From Chrysemys picta bellii (lineage: Eukaryota), in NCBI RefSeq assembly GCF_011386835.1, contig NC_088791.1:352222001-352286000 (forward strand): 64,000 bases of DNA, given 5' to 3'. Position numbers and translations under genes: made by a program. The stretch's first letter is position 1. Each line of letters begins with the position of its first letter. A model generated the notes under the pieces. The model did no database searches and had not been told where the DNA came from. It saw nothing but the letters and a program-made list of their open reading frames with translations. Below are positions 19,541-30,842 of the stretch, one piece after another.

Positions 19541-21509
19541 CAGATGTTTGGTTCTATATATGTGTTCTCCCAGTTCTGCGCAGACACTTGGCACAGCAGA
19601 CCTCCAGGGAACCGTGCAATGACCACAATATCCGTTAAGGTACGAAGGCACCCAGCCAGGTTTATTGTTAACAAAGCCTCAAGTTGAATTGCCAGTGGGT
19701 GTCAGCAGTGACAGCCCTAGCTGCCTCTTTCAAACACCCACTCCAGCCCCATCCATCCTACAGGTGAAACTTTTGTTGTTAGAAGGATTTCAGATATAAT
19801 GTGGAAACCATGCTTCCCCCAATTCTGAACCGCAGCAGCCTTTGTTTGCACAATTCCTCTACCTGCTCGGCACATGAGAGGCCGCTATGTAGAGATTGTG
19901 GGTTTGGCTGGGGTACATGGTTAGGTTTCCAGTGCTGGGAGCAAGACACACAGGCATGAAGGTGGCAGTTGAGGAAGGATTTTATGCTTTGTTGAGGTTC
20001 CCATGCTTTGATGAGGTTTTGAGCCATGCTCATCCCAGACGCTGATTTCAAGTTCTGAATAACAAGACTCCAATTGGCCCTATTTCACGTGACTCAGTGA
20101 GCTAGTCCGATTCTCTGGAAGTTGCATGTTGTGTGCCACAATCCCAGCTTTAATTAAAAAAAAAATAACTGTAAAGTCTTTAGAGCATCTATTTGCAAAG
20201 GGACTTCCCCACTCATGAGCCAGGTAGAACAGATACAGCATTGTACATTGACTGGCCAGTGCCTAACACACATACCATTATTGATATAATTTCTGCATTT
20301 GGCTTTCAGTTGTTTGTGTACAGCCTGAGACAATTGCTGTGCCCCTGTGCATCCTATCGAGGTGTTACCAGGGAAGCCCAGCGATGATCATTGAAACAGT
20401 GACCTTGTGAACTATTCCACTGTTAAACATTACATTGTACGGCTCCCTGTGTATGTCAAGACAGTATCAATTTGGGTTTATTCTCCAGTGGTGGGGGGTG
20501 AGCCTGGGGAGCCTGGGAAATTGTCTGGTGTCTGCTCTTTGTATTTGCGTGGCCCAGCTAAGCCCTCAGGTAGCTTCGTCTGGGTTTGTAGTGCATCTGA
20601 TGTCGTTTTGGGTGATAGCAGGGCCTGGAGAGGCTGAATCACCAGCAAAGCCGTGTGAAAATGGCCAGCCCAGCTGAGTGTTTAAGGGGACACAGCATCT
20701 ACCATGACTCCCAGACTGCACCCCAGGGCTGACAACTTATGAATATCATACCTCCAGACCCCAAATTAGGCCCCCAGGCACCTGTCACGCAAGCATGGTT
20801 GAGGGACTGTAGCGTGAACAAAATATAGAGATGTTGCAGTGGTTTGATTCATTTACCACTGTGTTCTGACCCCAGCAGGGCACAACTACCTAAAATATCA
20901 TCAAACTGAAATGGCCCCAGGGCAACAGATCAGGCAAACTTCATGGCCCTTCCCTCATAAAATGTGGGATACCATGTGAGATGAACTCCAGGTCATTTTG
21001 GTCCTGGGAGTGGTGAAGGAATCACAGAGTGGAGAGGTCCCATTGTACCAGTTCTGACACAAGATAACACAACTTTTTTCTGCATCAATTTCTGAAACAT
21101 CAAAACATTATTGAAATTTGACATTTACCTGATGCAGAGAGCAGATGAACAATTAGAACAGTTGGGAGTTGCCAGATATATATCCACTTTCGACCTCACA
21201 AAGAGATACTGGTAAAAACCTTTGATGACAGTATTGTGGGAGAAGAAAGCCTTTCCCAGGCCCTTTGGCCTGCATTAATTCAGGATCACATCATTTGGCC
21301 TCCACACAGTGGCAGTGACTTTTTGGCAATTAATGGACTGGATATTACAACTGCATGGGTGGTATGCAGTGGTAAGCTGGTCCTGTCTATTATGCTAGCA
21401 TTCCCAGACAGAGTGAAGATGGCAGTACATTAAACACACACACACAAAAATGCCATCATCAATTGCTAGAGTGAACAGGCTGCAAAACTCAGTTTGCCTT
21501 GACAATATG

Positions 21510-21570
21510 AGTTCCTGGTATCGGTAAAAAGTAACAGAGAGTCCTGTGGCACCTTTAAGACTAAGAGATG
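21510..21570. mobile_element. Short Penelope pseudo-LTR remnant at an inversion breakpoint
   Basis: 'agagtcctgtggcacctttaagactaa' matches the element at 55075-55253 ('agagtcctgtggcaccttatagactaa'). Confidence 0.6.
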
Positions 21571-22019
21571 TATTGGACCATATCACTGCCCACCTCTCCA
21601 AGTACACCCCTGTCCCCACCTCAATAACCCTCAGTGTACATCACACTCCCTGCCCCAGAACACCCAGTGCCCTGAATAGGCCCTTAAAACCATCTGTCTA
21701 GCCTGGAAGCATTTTGCCTAGAGGTGTTACCCGGGTGTAACAACATTGAAATACAGATATGTAGTCAATATTCATAACTTCAGATACAAAAATGATACAT
21801 GCCTACGAATAGGATACACAACCTGTCTTGCACAAAATGTATCATAATTATGCCAGAATCAGATCATAATAACATCACTATGGTTCTTTCCACCAGTGAA
21901 ATGCCTGAAGTTACGTAAATAACATTCATCAACAACAATTGGAAACACCAAGGCTGCAGTTCTGTGGCCTTCCAGGTAAAGAGACCCTGAGACCCTCAAA
22001 AACGCTCTCGGGGCCAGGA

Positions 22020-22310
22020 AAGGTTTCAGCGCTGCCTGCCTGTCCTTGTACATGCTGTTCCACGCCCTCCCAGCACTGCCCGCCTGTCCATGTACACCCC
22101 CTGCCTGCACCCACAACCCCCAGCGCTGCCCACCTCTCCATGTATACCACCTGCCTGTCCCCACAACCCTCAGCACCACCCGTCTGTCCGTATACACCCT
22201 GCTCCCCGCCCCAATAACCTGCAGTGCTGCCCTCCTACCCATGTAAATCCCACTCCCTCCCCCACAACCCCACATGCTGGATACTTGTCCATGTAGGCCC
22301 CCCACCAACA
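22020..22310. repeat. ~50-bp minisatellite, C-rich on + (inside the inverted segment)
   Basis: cagc(a/g)ctgcc-type motifs at 22071, 22121, 22171 and 22222. Confidence 0.85.
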
Positions 22311-23679
22311 CAATTTTCAGCCCTGCCACACAGAGATACCCCTCACCCAGGACCAAAACCAGATGCCAGACCCCACAGTGACAGCTCATAGAAATATCTC
22401 CTCAGACTAGGATAAACTCAGTGTCTGCCTGCACCGGGGAAAAGGGGAGGATCAGTCTGAACTGCCTTTCTGGGGGCAAAGGGAACCCCAGCAGCACCTC
22501 AGCCTGTGCAGGGAAGGAGAGAGGGACAGACCCGGTGGGAGGGAGGGACGACGTGGAGACTAAAAGGAGCCAGGGTGAATAACTCTTCCTAAAAAACGAC
22601 ACAAAGCTTTAGTGTATTGCAGGCAGTTAGAAACCTGGACACACCTTCCTGAGGCTGCTTTTCTGTGTCGGCAATTGCTGGGATTACCACAAGGCTGTAG
22701 TGGGGTTGCTTTCAGGAGGAGGGATGGTCCGAATGGGGGAAGGTGTTAGAGACAATCTGCTACAGTGTGTCCACATTCCGTTACAGTCTGAGACACCCAC
22801 CTACCACAAGAGGCCTCATTATGCCTCTTTGGTCTATGGAATAGGCAGGATGTCCATTCTTATTTCACCCAGTTTCAGGACTTGGAGCCACTGTGATTTG
22901 GATACCGCATGTGGCCCCCAAACACACTCATTTTGCTATCCTGGACATCCCTCGGTGAGAGTTGCAACACTCTCTGGTTTCCTCCAAGCCAGAAACTTAC
23001 TTTTATTTTACTGCCTTTTGTTGGTTCCTGTCCTCTCCACACCCAGCGATGCAGGTGCATAGAGAGAGCAGACCCATCTCCCTCTCTGACTTTTTTTTTA
23101 TCCCAATTGTTCTGAACCTCTAAGCCTGTGAGTTTGAGATTTCAGCAACTCTCCTGTCAGTTCTTCCTTGGTCCAAATGACATCACCCACCCTGAGAGAC
23201 CATAGGACGACTCCAATTGATGTCATTGGAGGCTTATGGCTGGTGTAAATCAGGCCATTTATGTAAGTCCCTACACGTGAATTTAGAGTGAACTCCTGGT
23301 CATGTTGGGAGTTTTGTCGTTGAACTCAAGGGGACCAGATTCACCCTCAGTGTTTAACTTTTGGCTTCAAGCTGCATAAATCACAGCTTCAAGTCCTGCT
23401 ACAGAGAGCGCTATTCTCTTAGGGTTCTGAAAGAGTCTAAGGAAACCGCCAGTGCATGTGGAGTTCTGAGATCTGGCATAAAAGCTGGGAATTTCCAAAC
23501 ACAGGTGCCCCAATTTTGCTCTCAGGGAAGCCTGTCTCAATCTTCAGTGACCCACTGAAGTCAAAAGGAGGGAGAAAAATCTAGCCAGTGTGCTACCCAT
23601 TCTTGTTGTGAACCCTCTGGTAACACAGATACCCACTGCAGAGGCTTTGGCTGTACTACCTAATGGTAGCAAGCATGGC

Positions 23680-24160
23680 AGCGGGTATACAGGGACAGAA
23701 GGGCAGCATTGGGAGTTCTGGGGTGGCGGCAGTGTGTACACGGGCAGGCAGGCAGTGCTGGGGATTGTGGGGCAGGCAGGGGATGTACAGGGACAGGCAG
23801 GAAGCGCTGGAGGTTGTGGTGCGGGCAGGGGGTGCACAAGTCAGGTGGGAAGTACTGCGGGTTGTGGGAGCAGCGAGTAGAGAGTACCCGGACAAGTGGG
23901 CAATGCTGGGGGTTGTGGGGTAGGCAGGGGGGCTTACAAGGAGAGGGGGCAGTGCTGGGAGTTTTGGGGGTGGGACTGGGGTGTTCACAGACAGGCGGGC
24001 AGTGCTGGTGGGTTCTAGGGGCTGTGGATGGAGCATAAAGGGAGAGGTGGGCAGCGTTCAGGGTTGTGGGACAGGCAGGTGGTATACAGGGACAGGCGAG
24101 CAGCGCTGGGTGTTGTGGGGGCATGGAGTGGCATGTACATAGACAGGTGGGCAGCTCTGT
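23680..24160. repeat. ~50-bp minisatellite, G-rich on +
   Basis: Recurrent ggacaggcaggcagtgctggg...ttgtgggg; about 9 units. Confidence 0.85.
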
Positions 24161-25616
24161 TGAAATTAAATTTTTCTTTGTGACTGTTGGTTCAAAGCCA
24201 CCACTGGGACATTTCCTGGCACCAAGTGTGTTTTGGGGGGTTTCAGGTTCTCTTTGCCCTGTCAAGCCATAGAACTGCAGTTTGGGTGTCACAAACTTTA
24301 CTGAGTTTTGTTTCCAACAATTGTTGTTGTTGTTGTTGAATGTTATTTACATAACTTCAGGCATTTCACTAGTGGAAAGAACCATTGACCTTTGCTCCTC
24401 AGTTGCTTCAATCTCCCATCATACTCTGAACCCTGTCCGTACTCTATTTCCACATCCCAAGCCGCCCAAATTCCAACAGAACACTGGTCGCCGGTGTCTT
24501 CTCCATGCTCCCTGGTCACCCCTCGCTCCCACAGCCTCCGAGCTGTCCCAAGCTACCTACAGCTCTTCCTCTGTGGGGGGTGAGGTGCCTCCCATCATAG
24601 CTGCTCCCTTGGCTGGGGGTTAATCAGTGACTGTGTCTCATTGGTGAGAAATCTCATTGGTGGCAAATGCCAAGGCAGGCACCAGTGTGGCTTCTCCTGT
24701 TACACCCATATACACCATGGTGCTTCAAGGATTGCTACACAGGAACAACTCACAAGCTGAGAAGTTTGCACACTATGTAATGAGAGGGGGCAACTGTGGG
24801 ACAGGTTAGGGCCTCAATAAATACAGATGCCACGTGAAGGATCCACTGGCCACTGTCTGAAATAGTGAGCCACTGCTACACAGACATTAAACCCAGGGTG
24901 CTCTGGGACCATTTGCTAGCCAGCTCTCAGTCATTCATGGCAAGTGTTATTATACCTTCATCCCTCAGTGCGGAGACTATATGGGCTCAAGTCATTATTT
25001 TTCTCACCTTAAACATTCCTCCATGCAGTGTGTCATGGGATCCTTCAGCCTCGTGAATTAACATGTAGTGTAGCATTTCCAAGACACCACAGTCACATGA
25101 TAATTTCTCCCCACCGGGCTAAATTGAGCAGGGTCATGAATAGCAAAAATGCCTTTAGTATGATCAGGTACGATCTTGGAGCCAAAATGCCTCTAGCTGA
25201 CTCCTGGGGACATGCTCATAGATTCAAAGGCTGGAAGAGACCATTGTGATCATCTAGTCTTTATAACACAGGCCTGAGAATTTCCCCAACATTATTTCTA
25301 GAGCAAGTCTTTTAGAGAAACATCCAACATTTATTTAAACATTCTCAGTGATGAAGAATGCATGAAGATCCTTGGTAAATTGTTCCAATGGTTAATTACT
25401 CTCACCATTTAAAAAATGTACGCCTTATCTCCAGTCAGAATTTCTTTAAGTTCAACTTCCAGCCAGTGGATCATGTTATGCTGAAAAGCCTATTATTACA
25501 TATTGGTTCCCTGTGTAGGTACTTACACACTGTGAAGAAGTTAATGCCTAGACATCGTTGATAAAATAAATAGATTTAAATCAAAAGGCAGGATTTCTGA
25601 TCATTTAATAATACTT

Positions 25617-25834
25617 GACAGGTTTCAGAGTAGCAGCCGTGTTAGTCTGTATCCGCAAAAAGAAGAACAGGAGTACTTGTGGCACCTTAGAGACTAACAA
25701 ATTTATTAGAGCATAAGCTTTCGTGGACTACAGCCCACGAACTGCATCCGAAGAAGTGGGCTGTAGTCCACGAAAGCTTATGCTCTAATAAATTTGTTAG
25801 TCTCTAAGGTGCCACAAGTACTCCTGTTCTTCTT
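25617..25834 (+). mobile_element. Penelope-derived hairpin insertion (inverted plus direct pseudo-LTR pieces)
   Basis: Perfect 82-bp inverted arms (25657-25738 / 25756-25837). TSD TTTAATAATACTT at 25604-25616 and 25835-25847. Empty site in the paralogue at ~36640. Confidence 0.88.
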
Positions 25835-26544
25835 TTTAATAATACTTCTGACTCTTCTCTTAACACTCTTCAGTGAACCTACACTCGTCTTTGATGGTGG
25901 ACATCAGAACTGATTACAGGATTCCAGCAGCAGTCACACCAATGTCAAATACAGAGGTAAAATAACTTCTCTACTTCTCCTTAAGATTTCCCTGGTTATC
26001 ATCCAAGGATCACATTGGTTCTTTTGGCTGCAGGGTCACACTGGGAGCTCATGTTAACTAATTATCCCTTCAAGCCCCCTAATCTTGTTCAGAACAATTG
26101 TGCTTCCCACGAGAGTCCCCCATCATGTTAGCATCACCTACATTCTTTGTTCCTAGATGTAGATAGCTACATAGCTATATTGGAACACATATCGTTTGTT
26201 TCTGACCAGTTTACCAACCAATAGAGATTGCTCTGAATCAGTGACCTGTCCTCTTCATTATTTAAAATACCTGAATTGTTGTGTCATCTGCAAACTTCAT
26301 CGATTTTCAGGCATGAGGAGGATAAGTGGCTGAGTTGCTGACACGAGTCTTTGTTACACTTGTCAGTTACCTCCGTTAACTTATGTCTCAGACAAAGCTG
26401 GGTGCCTGCAAGAAATCGTCTCACTAAAAGAAACAAGGGAAGAAACAGAGGTGCAGGCCTGTAGCCATAAATACCAAGAACCTTGTGCATTTTGTGCCCA
26501 TTCGATTGAGCATAAAGCCATAGCCCAGCACAAAGTCAAAGCTC

Positions 26545-27070
26545 AGAACCTGGGGAACTACAGACCCGTCAGCTTCACTTCAGTCCCTAGCAAAATAATG
26601 GAGCAGGTACTCAAGGAATCCATTTTGAAGCACTTGAAGGAGAGGAAGATGATTGGGAACAATCAACATGGATTCACCAAGGGCAAGTCATGCCTGACAA
26701 CCTGATTGCCTTCTATGATGAGATAGTTGGTTCTGTGGATATAGGGAAAGCGGTGGATGTGATATATCTTGACTTAGGCAAAGCTTTTGATATGGTCTCC
26801 CACAGTATACTTGCCAGCAAGTTAAAACAGTATGGATTGGATGATCTAGGTTGGATATTAGGAAACGCTATGTCACTAGGAGAGTGGTGAAGCACTGGGA
26901 TGGGTTCTGTAGGGAGGTGGTGGAATCTCCATCCTTAGAGGTTTTTAAGGTCCGGCTTGACAAAGCTTTGGCTGGGATGATTTAGTCGGTGTTGGTCCTG
27001 CTTTGAGCAGGGGATTGGACTAGATGACCTCCTGAGGTTTCTTCCAACCCTAATAGTCTATGATTCTATG
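26545..27070 (+). mobile_element. CR1 LINE, internally deleted (RT piece fused to the 3' end)
   Basis: PGNYRPVSFTSVPSKIMEQ...[10 protein letters not shown]...YLDLGKAFD, then a jump at ~26850 to the 3'UTR ending in tctatgattctatg. Same insertion site as 37340-39195. Confidence 0.88.
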
Positions 27071-28295
27071 ATAATATCTGTTTCCATGGGGAAAACTTGT
27101 CTCCTTTCCAATATAGGAACTGCATTGTGGATCAAACCGATGGTCTATCTAGTCCAGTGTCCTCTCTGTGACAGTGACAGTCACAGGTTTTGCAGAAGAA
27201 TGTGTAAAAAACCAAGCAGTAGATGGATGGGGGAGGTGACTTGACCATCAGGAGGGTCTCACCCAAATGTCTAAAAGCTAAAGACTGGTTTGTGCCCTGA
27301 ATCACATTGGCATATAGGCTTTCCAAAATATTTATTTAGCCGTAACTATTGTAACTGGATATCTCTCTGTCCATCTGAAAGTCCAAACCCTTCCTGATTC
27401 TTGCTTAGCTCATGGCATCAACTACCTCTTGTGGCAACAAGTTCCTCAGCCTAATTAGGCATTGAGTGAAGAAAGCATTCATTTTTATCTGTTTTGAATT
27501 TGCCACGTTTCAGTTTAATCCAATGTCCTCTTAAACATGTGTAATGAGACGGGAGATCACATTCTCGATCTACTCTCTACCAATCAGTATTTTATAGACT
27601 TTTCTCATATCCCCTCTTCTTCATCTCCTTTGTAAGGTAATAATCCCAGTCTTTTCAACCTCTCTCCTTCCCGGGCCCTTGATCATTCTTGTTCCCCTTG
27701 CCTGAAACTCTCTATTTCTGCAATATTCTATGTGAGAAGGGTGCCCAGTACTACACAGAGGAGTCCAGAGGAGGGTGAAACATTGACTGACTGATCTCAT
27801 GACACTGTATTTTCTGTATGATTCCCCATTCCACTCCTCCTGGATCCCAATATTTTGTTTAGTTTCTGTCCGTGCTTGCACTGTGAGCATGGTTTCACAG
27901 AGCTCTGTACCATGACACCCAGATCCCTGTCCTGAGTGCAAACATTTAAATTAGAACCTTGTAAGGTGTTTGAATAATTCAAGATTTTCCCTCCAATGGG
28001 AATACATGGGGCAATTATTGTCATCAAAGTTCATCTGCCAACATGCTGCACTTTCACGTGGCTTGGTTAGCTCCCTCTGGGAACGTCTCTGTACTTGACT
28101 ATGACCTAAATAATCTGGTGCCATCTTCAAATGTTGTCACCTCACTGATCAACCCCCCTTTTCTAGATTGCTAATAAATATAAAATATTTACCCTACTAA
28201 TTGCTGTATAACCCGTGTAACCCCTCTAATTGTGCTCCTCTCCCTTCACAGGTATATTGAGCATTTCTATGCCCGATTGACGTATTGATGACTTC

Positions 28296-29234
28296 ATGTC
28301 AGCTTTGAACCTCACCCACTCGGACCCGTCAACATTTATTCTAATGGGCATCCCTGGCATGGAAGATGCCCACGTCTGGATTTCCATCCCTTTCGCTACC
28401 TCCTACATTAGCAGCCTATTGGGAAATTTCATGGTTCTGTTTGTTGTAGGCAAAGAGGAGACCCTGCACAAGCCGATGTACCTGCTGATCTGCATGCTGG
28501 CACTCACAGACATCACCAAGTCTAGCACAATCATGCCAAAGGCACTGTGTATATTTTGGTTCAATTTGAAAGGCATTACTATGGTTGGCTGCCTCACCCA
28601 GATTTTCTTCCTTCACACAGTTGGTTTTGTGCAGTCTGCTGTTCTCATGATAATGGCCTTTGATCGCTACGTTGCTATATGTAATCCTTTGAGATACGCC
28701 ACCATCCTCACCAATGCACGAATAGCTATGCTAGGGCTTGCAGTTTTGGTAAGAGCTTTACTCTTCATGGTGCCCCTACCCCTGACGCTGAGCAGGCTGC
28801 CATACTGTGACAACCACGTTATTCCCCAAACACAATGTGAGCACATGCTTTTGGCAATGATATCGTGTGGGGATATCACATTCAACAGGACATACAGCTT
28901 TGTGATGCCATTTTTACTCATGGGGTCAGATCTGATGCTCATTGCCCTGTCCTATGGTCTCATCATTAGGGCCGTCCTCAGAATCTCCTCCAAGAGAGCC
29001 CACCAGAAAGCCCTCAACACCTGCACAGCCCACATCTTTGTGATGCTGATGTTTTATACTCCCGTCCTCTTCAGCATCCTGACAATCCGGTTGAATGGAG
29101 ACATCACTCCCCATGGTCGCATCATCTTGTCCGTCCTCTATCATCTTGTTCCTCCTGTGCTCAACCCCATCATTTATGGGGTCAAAACCCAAGAGCTTCG
29201 TGATAAAGTCGGCAAATATTCTTGCAGAAGGTGA
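28296..29234 (+). CDS. Class I (OR52-like) olfactory receptor OR-4, intact, 312 aa
   Basis: NLT, LHKPMY, MAFDRYVAICNPLRY, CEHM, KALNTCTAH, PVLNPIIYGVKTQELR; ~70% aa identity to OR-3 by manual count. Confidence 0.97.
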   Translation: MSALNLTHSDPSTFILMGIPGMEDAHVWISIPFATSYISSLLGNFMVLFVVGKEETLHKPMYLLICMLALTDITKSSTIMPKALCIFWFNLKGITMVGCLTQIFFLHTVGFVQSAVLMIMAFDRYVAICNPLRYATILTNARIAMLGLAVLVRALLFMVPLPLTLSRLPYCDNHVIPQTQCEHMLLAMISCGDITFNRTYSFVMPFLLMGSDLMLIALSYGLIIRAVLRISSKRAHQKALNTCTAHIFVMLMFYTPVLFSILTIRLNGDITPHGRIILSVLYHLVPPVLNPIIYGVKTQELRDKVGKYSCRR

Positions 29235-29801
29235 AGGCCGGAGGCCACTGACTTACAATCTGTGTGACAAGAGGGTGAAAGGATGCCTCCTCATTAATCA
29301 AGGGTGCTCTGTCACAGTTTGGCTGATCTCAGCACTTTGGAAGTTCACAGTCTGAGAAATTTCTCTTATCTAATGTCTTATCATGCCATCACCAAGCACT
29401 GCACTCTCTGTTGCTAAGTTCCCTCTCTTTGACCAACACCTATCCACTTTCATTGTCACCCATCAGCTCTCAACCCCACACAGCATGTCACTCGGCCTTT
29501 CTGTAACTCCTAGACTACCAGAAGATACTGCAGATTTCTGATGCAAGGGGACTTTCCCTTAGTCCCTGTCTGAACAGGATTCCTGATCAGTTTGATAACC
29601 AGAAGCTATACTTTCAGATAGCCAAGCAGAAAAGAAAGAAACTACAATGCTGAATTTCTTTATCATATGTACAGTGAGCAAATTTTTTTTCACGTCCAAT
29701 CCTTCAGTAATCCTGGGAGATAAACCATGTAAATACTAGTAGTAACAAACTAATTCAACACAAAATGTGGACATTGACTACCATCATTGAACGCAATTAA
29801 A

Positions 29802-29807
29802 AATAAA
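29802..29807 (+). promoter_or_regulatory. Probable polyadenylation signal of OR-4 (paralogous signal for OR-5 at 42011-42016)
   Basis: AATAAA conserved in both units ~560 nt after the stop, followed by a GT/T-rich tract. Confidence 0.55.
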
Positions 29808-29980
29808 TACTATAATAATGTTTTTTTGGTTTTATACTACATATGTTTTGGGCTATTTTGGGGCTATTTTAACACCGTCAGTTGCCGTAGTTTGTTTGAA
29901 ATTCCTGCCAACCCTCAATTAGGAAACAAGTACCAGTACTGGGGTTCTGAATTTGAATTTTCTTATCCTTTGATAGCTTT

Positions 29981-30268
29981 GGCTAGGTCTACACTACCCA
30001 CCTGAATCGGCGGGTAGAAATCGATATCTTGGGGATCAAATTATCGCGTCTCGTCAGGACGTGACAATCGATCCCCGAATCGACGCTCTTACTCCACCAG
30101 TGGTGGTGGGAGTAAGCGCTGTCGACGGGGAGCCGCAGAGGTCGATTTTGCCGCCGTCCTCACAGCGGGGTAAGTCGGCTCTGATACGTCGAATTCAGCT
30201 ACGCTATTCGCGTAGCTGAATTTACGTATCTTAAATCGACCCCCCCCCCCTGTAGTGAAGACCTGCTC
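29981..30268. mobile_element. Non-autonomous PIF/Harbinger MITE, CpG-rich (young)
   Basis: TIR-like ends ggctaggtctacacta / tagtgaagacctgctc, flanked by TTT on both sides. Empty site 'gatagctttgttgctaa' at ~42182. Confidence 0.88.
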
Positions 30269-30429
30269 TTTGTTGCTAATGTGGACAAATTTCTGTTGGG
30301 GCTTATTGCTGTTTTTTTTTTTTATCCAATCTGTACTACATATCTAACAAAACCTTCCTTTTGTTATTTGATGTATAGACCAAACTGTGAATAAAAAATA
30401 TTGTTTCAAGAAATGGATTGGGCTACTTT

Positions 30430-30835
30430 TAGGTGAGTTTTTCAGTGACTTTGGGCTATAATGCAGTGGAAATCTGGCAATCTCACCCAGAACCAGAGGG
30501 GCCAGAGAAGAAGCCCAGAAAGCAGAGCTGGGCTGAAGGCAGAGCAGCAGTGAGAGGCAGAGCTGGGGAGTTGCAGCTGGAGCGGATCAGTCGGGAGATG
30601 GGGCAGCACAAACCGTCTGCCCCAGTGGGGAGCCAGAGCTGAGATACAGTGAGGAGCTGCGGGGCCAGAGCTAGGATAGTGGATGCCGGCTGTGCCACAA
30701 CTTATATAGCAGGCAAACGTGATGAGCAGCTGGGGAGAGCAAGTTGGGGCCATGGGCAGAGTTCCCAGTGCAGGGAGACATTACCATATGGGAGGCCCTT
30801 GAAGGATGGACTCAGAGGGCAGGATGTGATCCCAA
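30430..30835 (+). mobile_element. LTR-like fragment; longer copy at ~42310-43070
   Basis: Shared by both plus-strand units; GA-rich 'gcagagctgggctgaaggcagagc' LTR-like body. Family not identifiable by eye. Confidence 0.45.
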
Positions 30836-30842
30836 TGGGAGG

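Noticed and set aside
17840-21200. Possible beta-globin gene or LCR/J-element-like enhancer, given that class I OR clusters flank beta-globin in amniotes
   Set aside because: No globin exon motifs were found in the ORF track or in the segments I translated by eye; this interval resolves into LTR, CR1 and Gypsy RT remnants.
22169-22192. REST/RE1 half-sites (TCAGCACC and CTGTCC) and a partial CTCF core (AGGGGGCAG at ~23944) in the minisatellite
   Set aside because: Half-site orientation and spacing are non-canonical and the matches are short; expected by chance in GC-rich repeats without a PWM test.
22020-24160. Repeat arrays as a CRISPR-like repeat-spacer system
   Set aside because: The units are degenerate tandem copies without unique spacers, the context is eukaryotic, and there are no cas genes.
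23660-24292. Long Pro/Cys/Gly-rich ORFs over the minisatellites (also 33.9-35.4 kb and 53.8-54.3 kb) that superficially resemble keratin-associated or beta-keratin proteins
   Set aside because: They arise from a stop-poor GC-skewed ~50-bp repeat. The period is not a multiple of 3, ORFs occur in all frames on both strands, and the ends are not conserved.
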